Shown piece by piece: positions 44,258 to 54,100 of a stretch of 64,000 nucleotides of DNA. The DNA comes from Anaerovoracaceae bacterium. GTDB taxonomy: Bacteria; Bacillota; Clostridia; Peptostreptococcales; Anaerovoracaceae. Numbering within the stretch: the first letter of the stretch is position 1; each line of letters opens with the position of its first letter. Where the stretch lies: assembly GCA_041854955.1 (NCBI GenBank), contig JBHADF010000047.1:815-64814 (forward strand), in the 5' to 3' direction. The position numbers and the translations under genes were made by a program. The notes under the pieces are model-generated. The model was not told the DNA's origin and made no database searches. It saw only the letters and a list, made by a program, of their open reading frames with translations.

Positions 44258-45112
44258 ATGGATTTTTCTGAGAAATGGGGAACGGATGTAGACACGGCTG
44301 TTAAATTAGCCCTGGAAGATCTGAAACTCTCCATAGATGAAGTAGATGTTGAAGTTCTCGAAGAACCTTCCCGCGGTTTTTTCGGAATAGGCTCTAAGCT
44401 GGCTTTAGTAAGAGTTTCCAAGAAAAAAGCGCCTAAAAAGGAAGAGAAGGTTTTCGAAAAGCCTCAGCAAAAAGCGGAAGCACCGGTCAAGGCGGAGGTT
44501 AAGACCGAGTCTGCACCTGCCTTTGAAAGAGGAGAGAGAACAGAGTCAACGAAAAGACCTAAAGAGAAAAAAGAAAGACCCGAAAGAAAGCCTAAGAGAG
44601 AGAGATTTTCTTTCGAAGATAATATGGAACCGGTCATAGAAAGAGTTCCCGAAGAACAGCTTACGCCCTGTGAAGACCATGTGGCCCTTCGCTTCTTGGA
44701 GGAAGTTACAAAGGAAATGGGATTGGAGCTGGATATCACCGCAAAGGCCGGTGGGGAAACCATCTATGTGGACATTCAGGGAAAAGACTCGGGAACCATA
44801 ATAGGTAAGAGAGGACAGACCTTAGATGCTATCCAGTACCTTACCAGCTTGGTTGTAAACAAGGAAGAGGAAGGCTATACCAGAGTAGTGGTAGATGCCG
44901 AAAACTACAGACTTAAGAGAGAGAAAACTCTCGAAAGCCTGGCTCTCAGACTGGCCGGCAAGGTTGCCAGATCCAAGAGAAGCGTCAAGCTTGAGCCCAT
45001 GAATCCCTATGAGAGAAAGGTGATTCATGCAACTCTTCAAAAGCACCCTCAGGTAGTTACCAGAAGTGAGGGTCAAGATCCATACAGAAGGGTCATAATA
45101 GAATTAAAGTAG
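44258..45112 (+). CDS. khpB: Jag/KhpB RNA-binding protein (Jag_N, KH, R3H)
   Basis: Start at the ATG at 44258 after GGAGG. The C-terminal R3H motif (ERKVIHATLQ) and a KH-like GKRGQTLDAIQYL are present. Confidence 0.88.
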   Translation: MDFSEKWGTDVDTAVKLALEDLKLSIDEVDVEVLEEPSRGFFGIGSKLALVRVSKKKAPKKEEKVFEKPQQKAEAPVKAEVKTESAPAFERGERTESTKRPKEKKERPERKPKRERFSFEDNMEPVIERVPEEQLTPCEDHVALRFLEEVTKEMGLELDITAKAGGETIYVDIQGKDSGTIIGKRGQTLDAIQYLTSLVVNKEEEGYTRVVVDAENYRLKREKTLESLALRLAGKVARSKRSVKLEPMNPYERKVIHATLQKHPQVVTRSEGQDPYRRVIIELK

Positions 45113-45125
45113 TTTAATATTGATG

Positions 45126-45149
45126 GCCCGCTTTTTAGCGGGCTGTTTT
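45126..45149 (+). terminator. Rho-independent terminator after jag
   Basis: GCCCGC-ttttta-GCGGGC followed by TGTTTT. Confidence 0.6.
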
Positions 45150-45164
45150 GCTAAAGGAAGAATC

Positions 45165-46532
45165 ATGAGAGAAGAAACCATAGCTGCCATAGCCACTCCT
45201 CCGGGAGAGGGAGGCATAGGTATAGTGAGAATAAGCGGAGACAGGGCCAAGGAGATTTTGGATAAAATTTTTGACGGAAAAGACAGGCTGGCTGTCAACA
45301 GACTGACCTACGGACATATCACAGATAATTTTACCGGAAAGCTCATCGACGAGGTCATGGCCGTATATATGAAAGCTCCTCACTCCTATACGGCAGAGGA
45401 TGTGGCGGAAATACAGTGTCACGGCGGTATGATGTCCCTCAGAGAGATTTTGAACCTTACCTACAAAAACGGAGCAGTCCCCGCAGAACCGGGAGAGTTT
45501 ACTAAGAGAGCCTTTTTAAACGGCCGTCTCGACCTTTCCCAGGCGGAAGCTGTCATAGACTTGATACGTGCAAAATCCCCCAAGAGCTTTAATGTGGCCT
45601 TAGACCAGCTGGAAGGTAAGTTTTCCCTGAAAATCAAAGAGCTGCGGGGAGAACTGGTGGAAAATCTGGTAAATCTGGCAGTGAATATCGACTATCCCGA
45701 CGAGGATATAGAGGTAATGACCTATGAAAAGCTCATAGAGGGGCTGTCTCATGTAAGGGAAGGCATCAGCCAAATGTTGAAAACCGCCCATACAGGAAGG
45801 ATTTTGCAGGAGGGCCTTAAGGTGTCCATCATAGGAAAGCCCAATGTGGGAAAATCCTCTCTTATGAACGCATTGCTTAAGGATACAAGAGCTATAGTCA
45901 CGGAAATCCCCGGCACCACCAGAGATACTATCGAAGAGGCAATGACCATAAGAGGTATTCCCGTCAGGCTCATAGATACGGCTGGCATACGGGAGACCGA
46001 AGATATAATCGAGAAAATCGGTATAGAAAGGAGCAAAGAGGCTTTCAACAAGGCCGACATCGTAATTTTTATGGTGGACAACAACAGGGCCTTGGACGGA
46101 GAGGACTTTGAAATCCTTGAAAAGGTGGAAGATAGAACGGTTATAGCCATTATAAACAAGACAGATTTGGAAAGCAGGCTGGACAGACAGGCTTTGGAAA
46201 AGGCCATGGGAGGCGGTGTCATTTTAGAAATGTCCCTCTCCGAGGATAAGGGCGTTGAGCTTCTGGAGGAAGAAGTGGAAAAGCTGGTCTACGGAGGCAA
46301 GGTCAGAAGCGACGACAGTCTTATGGTGACAAACCTGAGACACGAAAGGCTTTTAATCGAAGCGGAGCATGCTCTGGAGGATGCCCTTGAAATGGCCAAG
46401 GCCTCAGAACCATTGGAACTGGTGGAGATAGATGTAAACAGAGCCTATGAGCTCTTAGGCTCCATCATCGGCGAGACAGTGGAGGAAAATATAATAGATG
46501 AGATTTTCGCCAGATTTTGTCTGGGAAAATAA
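45165..46532 (+). CDS. mnmE: tRNA modification GTPase MnmE
   Basis: TIAAIATPPGEGGIGIVRISG, G1 motif (GKPNVGKSS), and the C-terminal FCLGK. Confidence 0.95.
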   Translation: MREETIAAIATPPGEGGIGIVRISGDRAKEILDKIFDGKDRLAVNRLTYGHITDNFTGKLIDEVMAVYMKAPHSYTAEDVAEIQCHGGMMSLREILNLTYKNGAVPAEPGEFTKRAFLNGRLDLSQAEAVIDLIRAKSPKSFNVALDQLEGKFSLKIKELRGELVENLVNLAVNIDYPDEDIEVMTYEKLIEGLSHVREGISQMLKTAHTGRILQEGLKVSIIGKPNVGKSSLMNALLKDTRAIVTEIPGTTRDTIEEAMTIRGIPVRLIDTAGIRETEDIIEKIGIERSKEAFNKADIVIFMVDNNRALDGEDFEILEKVEDRTVIAIINKTDLESRLDRQALEKAMGGGVILEMSLSEDKGVELLEEEVEKLVYGGKVRSDDSLMVTNLRHERLLIEAEHALEDALEMAKASEPLELVEIDVNRAYELLGSIIGETVEENIIDEIFARFCLGK

Positions 46533-46559
46533 GAGACTTTAAGAACATCGAGGTTTAGA

Positions 46560-48461
46560 ATGAAGCATATATTCATGGACGAATACGATATAATCGTGGT
46601 AGGAGCAGGTCATGCAGGCTGTGAAGCCGCATTGGCCGCAGCGCGTATGGGGAAGAAGACCCTCATGTTTTCCATGAACCTGGAGGCTATCGCCATGATG
46701 GCCTGCAACCCATCCATAGGAGGCACCGGAAAGGGTCATCTGGTCAGAGAAATCGATGCCTTAGGCGGAGAGATGGGAAAGAACATAGATAAGACCTTCA
46801 TACAGATGAAGATGCTGAACACGGCCAAAGGGCCGGCAGTTCATTCCCTGCGAGCACAGGCGGACAAGGAAAAGTACCACAGGGAGATGAAAAGGACCAT
46901 TGAGGAGCAGGAAAATTTGGACATGCTCCAAGGTGAGGTGGTGGACCTTATGGTGGAGGAGGGAAAGGTATGCGGAGTCATAACCAAGACCCACACCGCC
47001 TACGGAGCAAAGGCTGTCATCTTGGCTACGGGAACCTTTTTAAGAGGAAAGATTTTCATAGGGGACAGCGCCTACTTTAGCGGCCCCAACGGTTTGGCAC
47101 CCTCCATGGAGCTGGCGGAAAACCTGAAGGAAAAGGGAATGAAGATGCGCAGGTTCAAGACGGGAACTCCTGCTCGCTGCTTGGCGTCTACCCTCGACTA
47201 TTCCAGAATGGAGCCCCAGGAGGGAGATAAAGAAGTGGTTCCCTTCTCCTTTTTAAATGACGAGATAGGAGAGAATAAGGCTCTCTGCTGGCTGACCTAT
47301 ACTAATGAGAGAACCCATGATGTCATAAGAAGGAACTTTCACCGGTCCGCCCTCTTCGGCGGACAAATTGAGGGTATCGGGCCCCGCTACTGCCCTTCCA
47401 TAGAGGACAAGGTGAACAGATTTGCCGATAAGGAAAGACATCAGCTATTCATAGAGCCGGAGGGCTTGGATACGGAAGAAATGTATATACAGGGCATGTC
47501 CTCCAGCCTCCCTGAGGATGTGCAGAGAGATTTCTATAAGACTATTCCCGGACTTGAAAATCTTAAGATAGTCAGACCTGCCTATGCCATCGAGTATGAC
47601 TGCATCGATCCTCAGGATTTAAAGCTGAGTTTGGAATACAGGCATATAGAAAACCTTTTCTGTGCCGGACAGTTTAACGGAAGCTCCGGCTATGAGGAGG
47701 CCGCTGCTCAGGGACTTATGGCGGGAATTAACGCCGTTCTCAAGATTTCCGGCAAAAATCCATTTGTTTTGGGAAGAGACGAGGCTTATATTGGCGTTCT
47801 GCTGGACGATTTAGTGACTAAAGGTACTAATGAACCTTACAGAATAATGACGTCCAGAGCGGAATATAGGCTCCTTCTCCGTCAGGACAACGCAGATTTG
47901 CGCCTTACCGAGAAGGCTTATGTACTGGGACTGGCCACGGAAGACAGATATAAAATATATACGGCGAAAAAAGAGGCTGTGGAAAAGGAAATCACGAGAC
48001 TGAAAGAAAAGAGCTTTTCACCTAAGGAGATAAACGAGTTCCTTCTCAGCCATGGAACCTCCCCGGTGGAAGGGCGGATTACTATGGCCGAGCTTTTAAA
48101 GAGGCCCCAAATAAGCTATAAAGATACATCGGTAATAGACGATGAAATGAGACCTGCACTGGGATATCACGAGATAACTCAGCTGGAGGTTCAGATAAAA
48201 TACGAGGGCTATATACAGAAGCAGCTCCAGCAGATAGCAAAATATAAGAAGCTGGAGGACAAGGCTTTACCACAGGATTTAGACTATGCTCAGGTTACGG
48301 GACTTAGAATCGAGGCCATGCAAAAGCTGAACAGGATAAAGCCGGAGTCCATGGGACAGGCATCCAGAATTTCAGGTGTCTCCCCTGCCGATATCAATGT
48401 GCTCACCGTCTATATGGAGAAAAAGAGAAGAGAAAAGCGAGATGGAAAAGATAGATCCTAA
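46560..48461 (+). CDS. mnmG: tRNA uridine 5-carboxymethylaminomethyl modification enzyme MnmG
   Basis: [26 protein letters not shown] motif. 633 aa. Confidence 0.95.
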   Translation: MKHIFMDEYDIIVVGAGHAGCEAALAAARMGKKTLMFSMNLEAIAMMACNPSIGGTGKGHLVREIDALGGEMGKNIDKTFIQMKMLNTAKGPAVHSLRAQADKEKYHREMKRTIEEQENLDMLQGEVVDLMVEEGKVCGVITKTHTAYGAKAVILATGTFLRGKIFIGDSAYFSGPNGLAPSMELAENLKEKGMKMRRFKTGTPARCLASTLDYSRMEPQEGDKEVVPFSFLNDEIGENKALCWLTYTNERTHDVIRRNFHRSALFGGQIEGIGPRYCPSIEDKVNRFADKERHQLFIEPEGLDTEEMYIQGMSSSLPEDVQRDFYKTIPGLENLKIVRPAYAIEYDCIDPQDLKLSLEYRHIENLFCAGQFNGSSGYEEAAAQGLMAGINAVLKISGKNPFVLGRDEAYIGVLLDDLVTKGTNEPYRIMTSRAEYRLLLRQDNADLRLTEKAYVLGLATEDRYKIYTAKKEAVEKEITRLKEKSFSPKEINEFLLSHGTSPVEGRITMAELLKRPQISYKDTSVIDDEMRPALGYHEITQLEVQIKYEGYIQKQLQQIAKYKKLEDKALPQDLDYAQVTGLRIEAMQKLNRIKPESMGQASRISGVSPADINVLTVYMEKKRREKRDGKDRS

Positions 48462-49104
48462 ATTTGAAAAATATATGGAAGGTATATTGAGCTATAACGA
48501 GCACATAAACCTTACAGCCATAACCGACAGGGAAGAATTCATAGTGAAGCATTATCTGGACTCCCTTCTCTGTACCGACTTTCCCGAGTACGAGCAAGCA
48601 GAGAAAATTATAGATGTAGGCACGGGAGCGGGCTTTCCGGGAGTGCCTCTTGCCATCCGGTCTCCGGAGAAAAGCTTTGTTCTCATGGATTCCCTGAAAA
48701 AGAGGCTTAAGATAGTAGATGAGCTTTGCGGTGAGGCGGGTATTACTAATGTTACCACTCTCCACGGCAGGGCAGAGGACTTATCCCATGGTAAGGCTCA
48801 CAGAGAAAAATACGATCTCTCCGTGTCCAGGGCTGTGGCCAGACTCTCCGTTTTAGCAGAGTACTGCCTACCCTTTATAAAAGTAGGAGGCTACCTGCTG
48901 GCCTACAAAGGTCCTGAGGCGGAGAAAGAGCTTAAGGAAGCCGAGAAGGCCATTGCCTTACTGGGAGGGAAAGGCGTTGCCATCCGAAAAGGAAAGCTGG
49001 AGGAATACGGCATAGATCACAATATAATAGTTATAGAGAAAATTTCTCCCACCCCTGCCAAGTATCCAAGAAAGGCGGGAACCCCTGCAAAAGAGCCACT
49101 TTAG
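48442..49104 (+). CDS. rsmG: 16S rRNA (guanine527-N7)-methyltransferase RsmG
   Basis: Start at the ATG at 48442, overlapping the mnmG end. SAM motif ([16 protein letters not shown]). Confidence 0.9.
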   Translation: MEKIDPKFEKYMEGILSYNEHINLTAITDREEFIVKHYLDSLLCTDFPEYEQAEKIIDVGTGAGFPGVPLAIRSPEKSFVLMDSLKKRLKIVDELCGEAGITNVTTLHGRAEDLSHGKAHREKYDLSVSRAVARLSVLAEYCLPFIKVGGYLLAYKGPEAEKELKEAEKAIALLGGKGVAIRKGKLEEYGIDHNIIVIEKISPTPAKYPRKAGTPAKEPL

Positions 49105-49128
49105 CAAAATCTAAAAATCAAATTATCG

Positions 49129-49157
49129 AAGATGTTTCACGTGAAACATCTTTTTTT
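49129..49157. promoter_or_regulatory. parS centromere site (perfect consensus) embedded in a 24-nt palindrome with a T-run
   Basis: TGTTTCACGTGAAACA at 49133-49148. The palindrome AAGATGTTTCAC/GTGAAACATCTT is followed by T7, so it also looks like the rsmG terminator. Confidence 0.85.
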
Positions 49158-49227
49158 GTAAAGAAGTATAGAAAAAAAATCTATAATGATATATAATGTA
49201 TCTATGTAAAGAACAGGAGGGAATATT

Positions 49228-49998
49228 GTGGGAAAAGCAATAGCAATTTTCAATCAAAAAGGTGGAGTAGGAAAGACCACAACTAACATAAATCTGGCAG
49301 CTTGTTTGGCTCTCAGGGGAAAGCGAGTACTCATACTGGACATAGACCCTCAGGGCAACACTACCAGCGGTATCGGAGTTTCCAAGAGGACCTTGAAGAA
49401 CACCATATACAACATTCTCATAGACAAGGAATACGATCCGAGAAAGGCCATAACAAAGACTAAAATACCAAACTTGGATCTTATACCGGCCAGCGTAGAC
49501 CTGGCAGGAGCCGAGGTGGAGCTGGTAGCCATAGAAGGCAGGGAAAGAGCCTTAAAGAAGGGCTTGGATAAGATAAAGGGTGATTATGACTACATCTTTA
49601 TAGACTGTCCACCCTCACTGGGCCTTTTAACCATCAACTCGCTGACGGCTGTTGACAGTGTTTTAATACCCATACAATGCGAGTTCTATGCTTTGGAGGG
49701 AGTGAGCCAGCTGGTGAGCACCATCGAGCTGGTAAAGAAGAGCTTAAATCCAAATCTTGAAATACAGGGCGTAATTCTTAGCATGTTTGACGGCAGGACA
49801 AACCTGTCAGCTCAGGTAGTGCAAGAGGTTAAGAGATATTTCGGAGGCAAGGTATATGCTACCGTAATCCCCAGAAATGTGCGACTGGCAGAGGCTCCCA
49901 GCTATGGAATGCCTATTACGGAGTATGACCCTAAATCCAGAGGTGCGGAGGCATATATGGATTTTGCGGAAGAATTCTTGGATTTGGAGGAGAACTGA
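49228..49998 (+). CDS. soj: Chromosome partitioning ATPase ParA/Soj
   Basis: GTG start after GGAGGG. Deviant Walker A (NQKGGVGKTTT). Confidence 0.93.
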   Translation: MGKAIAIFNQKGGVGKTTTNINLAACLALRGKRVLILDIDPQGNTTSGIGVSKRTLKNTIYNILIDKEYDPRKAITKTKIPNLDLIPASVDLAGAEVELVAIEGRERALKKGLDKIKGDYDYIFIDCPPSLGLLTINSLTAVDSVLIPIQCEFYALEGVSQLVSTIELVKKSLNPNLEIQGVILSMFDGRTNLSAQVVQEVKRYFGGKVYATVIPRNVRLAEAPSYGMPITEYDPKSRGAEAYMDFAEEFLDLEEN

Positions 49999-49999
49999 T

Positions 50000-50908
50000 A
50001 TGGCAGCAGTTAAAAAAGGAGGTCTGGGCAGGGGCTTGGATGCCCTCTTTGCTGACGGGGTGCTGTCCCAAGAAGTAAAGGCTGTTGAAAAAGCAGAAAA
50101 GAGCTTGCCCATACCGGAAGCGACGGACTCGGCAGAGCAGGTAAGGTATTTAGACATACACAGAATCCTACCCAACGCCAATCAACCCAGAAAAATCTTT
50201 GATGAGGCAAAAATTGAGGAGCTTTCCAACTCTATAATGGAGAACGGAATCATACAGCCAATCCTGGTGAGAAGAAAAGGCGAAAACTTTGAAATCGTTG
50301 CAGGAGAACGGAGATGGAGGGCAGCCATGAAGGCGGAGCTTTCCAAAGTGCCCTGCCTCATAAGAGAGCTGGACGATGAGCAGAACATGCTTGTGGCCAT
50401 TATAGAGAACATGCAGAGGGAGGATTTAAACCCCTTGGAAGAAGCTGAAGGTCTAAACCAGATGCTTATAAACTTCGGTATGACCCAGGAGCAGATTTCA
50501 AAGAGTCTGGGAAAGAGCAGACCGTATATTACCAATGCTTTGAGACTTTTAAAGCTACCTGAATACATAAAGGAAGCCCTGGCTTCGGGACAGATTACCG
50601 CAGGCCATGGCAGGACATTGCTTTCTCTGGAGAATGAAGAGCTTAGGAAACAGCTCCTGCACAAGATTATAAAGGAAGGCCTTTCTGTTCGGGAAACGGA
50701 AAAACAGGTTGACTCTCTAGGGAAATCCAAGAAAAGACCGGCAAAGAGATCTAAAAACCCTGATTTGGCCAGAGTGGAGGGAGATCTTAAGGACGCCTTA
50801 GGAACTCGAGTAAACATAGTGCAGACGGGAAAGAAGGGTAAGATAGAAATCGAATTTTTCAGCAGAGATGAACTGGAAAGACTGGTAGAGATATTGAAAT
50901 CCCTGTAA
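50000..50908 (+). CDS. spo0J: Chromosome partitioning protein ParB/Spo0J
   Basis: Start at the ATG at 50000 (MAAVKKGGLGRGLDALF). GERRWRAA box and an HTH. The longer track ORF overlaps soj and is rejected. Confidence 0.93.
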   Translation: MAAVKKGGLGRGLDALFADGVLSQEVKAVEKAEKSLPIPEATDSAEQVRYLDIHRILPNANQPRKIFDEAKIEELSNSIMENGIIQPILVRRKGENFEIVAGERRWRAAMKAELSKVPCLIRELDDEQNMLVAIIENMQREDLNPLEEAEGLNQMLINFGMTQEQISKSLGKSRPYITNALRLLKLPEYIKEALASGQITAGHGRTLLSLENEELRKQLLHKIIKEGLSVRETEKQVDSLGKSKKRPAKRSKNPDLARVEGDLKDALGTRVNIVQTGKKGKIEIEFFSRDELERLVEILKSL

Positions 50909-50917
50909 TAAAAAGGG

Positions 50918-50933
50918 TGTTTCACGTGGAACG
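50918..50933. promoter_or_regulatory. Second parS-like site (14/16 match)
   Basis: TGTTTCACGTGGAACG immediately after the spo0J stop. Confidence 0.6.
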
Positions 50934-50959
50934 GAAGACAAGCAAACATATATAAGCAA

Positions 50960-50993
50960 AGAGAAAGTCACAGAAAAGATTTTCTCTTTTTTA
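50960..50993 (+). terminator. Terminator of soj-spo0J
   Basis: AGAGAAA...TTTCTCT hairpin followed by a T-run. Confidence 0.55.
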
Positions 50994-51031
50994 TTGCTTG
51001 AAAAACCTAATATTTCTCGTGAAATGGAAGC

Positions 51032-51059
51032 TTGAAAAATTTTCAGAATATTATATAAT
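51032..51059 (+). promoter_or_regulatory. Candidate promoter of the adhesin gene
   Basis: TTGAAA, 16 nt spacer, TATAAT. Confidence 0.4.
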
Positions 51060-51146
51060 ATAATTGGTTAAATATACAATCCTGCATTAACGCAGTAAAG
51101 CGAGAAAGTAAAAGAGAAAGAAAGCAATAAAGCAAGGAGGGAAAAT

Positions 51147-54100
51147 ATGAAAAGCAAGCAGAATAGAAGAAGGCTAAGCGTATTTATAATGGCGTTCTTC
51201 GTATTATTTTCTGTTTTCGGGCAGAGTGTAAATGTGTCCTTTGCCGGTGAAGGAGATTATACCTTCAACATTTCCGGCACAGGGGATTTAACCATAAGAC
51301 CTGGGGCGGCCTTCAATTTTATCGGAGACGCCGGAGTGAGCTTCACCCCTGACAGCAGCCAATGGCAGGCTGGGGATGAGTTTCGTCTGGAGGTTACAGG
51401 TGTAGATAAGCCTATAGGAGGCACATACACCTATGCTGCGGGAGACACTTCCTTTACTCCCCAAGCAGCAGATAACGGGAAGACCTATACCGTCCATTAT
51501 GAAATTAAGAAAAAGGTGGGAGGAGCTTGGGTTCCTTTAGATACACCGAAGACGGCGACAAAGGCCTTGAGGGTGTTTGCCACATCACAGATTTTGCCCA
51601 TGCTTACAAGCGATGACGCTGAGGTTACCAATCTTGTCGTTGCTAAGATTGTTGACGGAGTCGGACCCTTTGATTCGGACAGCGCGGCAGGTAACGACAG
51701 CAGCTCCGACAACAGAATAGTGAGAACCTTTGATTCTGTTACCTACCAGGTAGGATACAACACAAAGGGCAAAACTGCCGGGGTTTCCTACAAGCAGGGA
51801 TATATTAAATTTGAGTTCACTCTGCCCTTTCCCAAGGATGTAGCCACCTTTGATACTGCTTCCATGGGATGGATGACCGGAGATGCCGGGTACAAATGGA
51901 CCTTGACGGAATCGGGAGGAGTTCAGACCTTGAAGGCCGCAAAGAAGCTGGAGTCTGAGGGTGAAAATGCCACGGCAATACCCGGCTCCGGAGATATACC
52001 CGTTCATATCAATGTATATTCGGCTAAGAACGGAGATAAGATCCAGCCTACCTTTAAAAGCTGGATGGACTACAGTTCTCAGGTTAAAACTGTTGTACCT
52101 GATGGGGTTACGGTTTCCGCAGCCCCCAGATACAATATAGAAATAAACAAGACAAATGATGTTTACATCGGTTCCATCAGTACTTTTGACTTTTCTACGG
52201 GAAATGAAAAGGCTATGGATAAGGATGCAGGAACCATATACGGAAAATTACAGGGCTATGGTATATCTCTGCAGCTCTATAACACTACAAAGGACAAAAA
52301 GCTGAAGGGTATAGAGCTTCCTCAGGGAGACATAACCTTTAAGCTTGATATGACATCCGTATATGAGCCGGCAGCAGGGGGAAGCCATGCTGTGGCCAAT
52401 CCTAAGGTATGGTCCTTTGTCCCTGCCGTGGATGGAGTAAATCCGGGCCAAGACGGCAGAGATATATCTACCTACAGCAACTATACTTATGCCACTGTAG
52501 CGAGTGCTTTAAACAAATACAGCGGAGTTACTCCTACGACACCTTTTGCAGCTTCTCCCAAGACAGGAACCAATGCCAACTGGTATGGTGGAGGCTGGTC
52601 CATAAAGAAGCTTGCCGACGGTCGGTATGAGGTTACTGTAAAAGACTATAAGATAAACCCTAAATGGTTTCCTAATACATGGGGAGGAGTAGTTCCTCTT
52701 TCAGACCCGAGGTGGTTTGATCCGGCTTTAGGCGTTGCTAATATAGGGTCTTTCTCTGCAGGTTCACTTCTTATGGTAGTGCCCTTCGGAGGCTCAACAG
52801 GCCAGGAAGATCCCAACTATTACACCGCATTGTACGGCAATGGAAACATTAATACAAATGTGAAGGTTAGCGACATGACTGCCAAGAGCGTAAGCGGTCA
52901 GCCTTTGGTGGCTCAGACTGTAGCTACTGATGATGCCATAGGCCATAAGGTAGAGCTTACCATGAAGGGTGATTTTGGAAACAGAATTATGTATAACAGC
53001 CCGACTACAACTAATCTGGCCGGACTGGACAATCTGTATTCCGCAGGAAATATCCGCGACGGAGCTGATGCAGCTTCCATAAACTCCAAGCTTAGAATAA
53101 GATGGGGAGGCTTAAATGACCCTAAAGGAGACAGCAGCCAAGCCACCTTTGCAGCCAACTATCTTATGAAATTTGACGATGAAGCCTTGGACTTCGATCC
53201 TACGGAGCCTCCATTCGTACTTTCGGGAAATCACAGTGCCGGATACTCTCAGAAATTCCTTTATGCTGCTAAGCCTGACGGAAAGGGATGGACCGGTGAT
53301 GACGAGATGAATGCTGCCAACGAAGAGAATTTAGTGTACTATCCTTCTCTGGCCAGCCTGAAGGCAGCTAATAAAGTGTGCGTAGGTGTTTTGGCAGAGG
53401 TAAGGAAAACCGATAATAAGCCGAAGTTTTCCCAGCAGCAAGACTACCGGCGCATGGTGGGAATGATAGTTAAAAATGACCCTTCCCTTGTTGGAAAAGT
53501 ATATATGATTACAGAGGTTACAAACCTTTGGAGAGAGGCTGAGTACAAGGCGGTTTTAGCAGCCAACGGGGGAACCTTCCCCACAAGAGAAAACATGGCA
53601 GTAGGACAAACCGTAAATACTACCAATGCCACCAAGCCTTCAGTTTTCAACCATAGAGACTTAGGCTACTACAAGAAATATTCATATAATGCAAACGGGC
53701 CTGTGGAAGGCAGCAGAGGAGAGCCTCGTAGAGGAGACTCTCTATATATAGTAGGCTATCGTTCTGAAATTTCAAAGAAAGTGGTCCAGAAGGACGCTGA
53801 CGGAAACGACAAGATAACCTTTGATTTAGACTTAAACCAATATGTGGTGGATTATCAGCTGGCCCTTTCCATGAAAATCGAAAAAGATGTAGTGATAACC
53901 AATCCCACTACAATATATGTTAAGGACACTCTTCCTAAGGGCTTGACCTATATTCCCGGATCGTCATATTACGATGGGACCTATACTCCCTCTACCAAGC
54001 CGGGACAGAGCGGTACGGTGACCGGTGGAACTGCTATAGCTCCAACGGTAACGGAGCAAAGTAACGGAACCACAGTTCTTACTTGGGAGATACCTAATGT

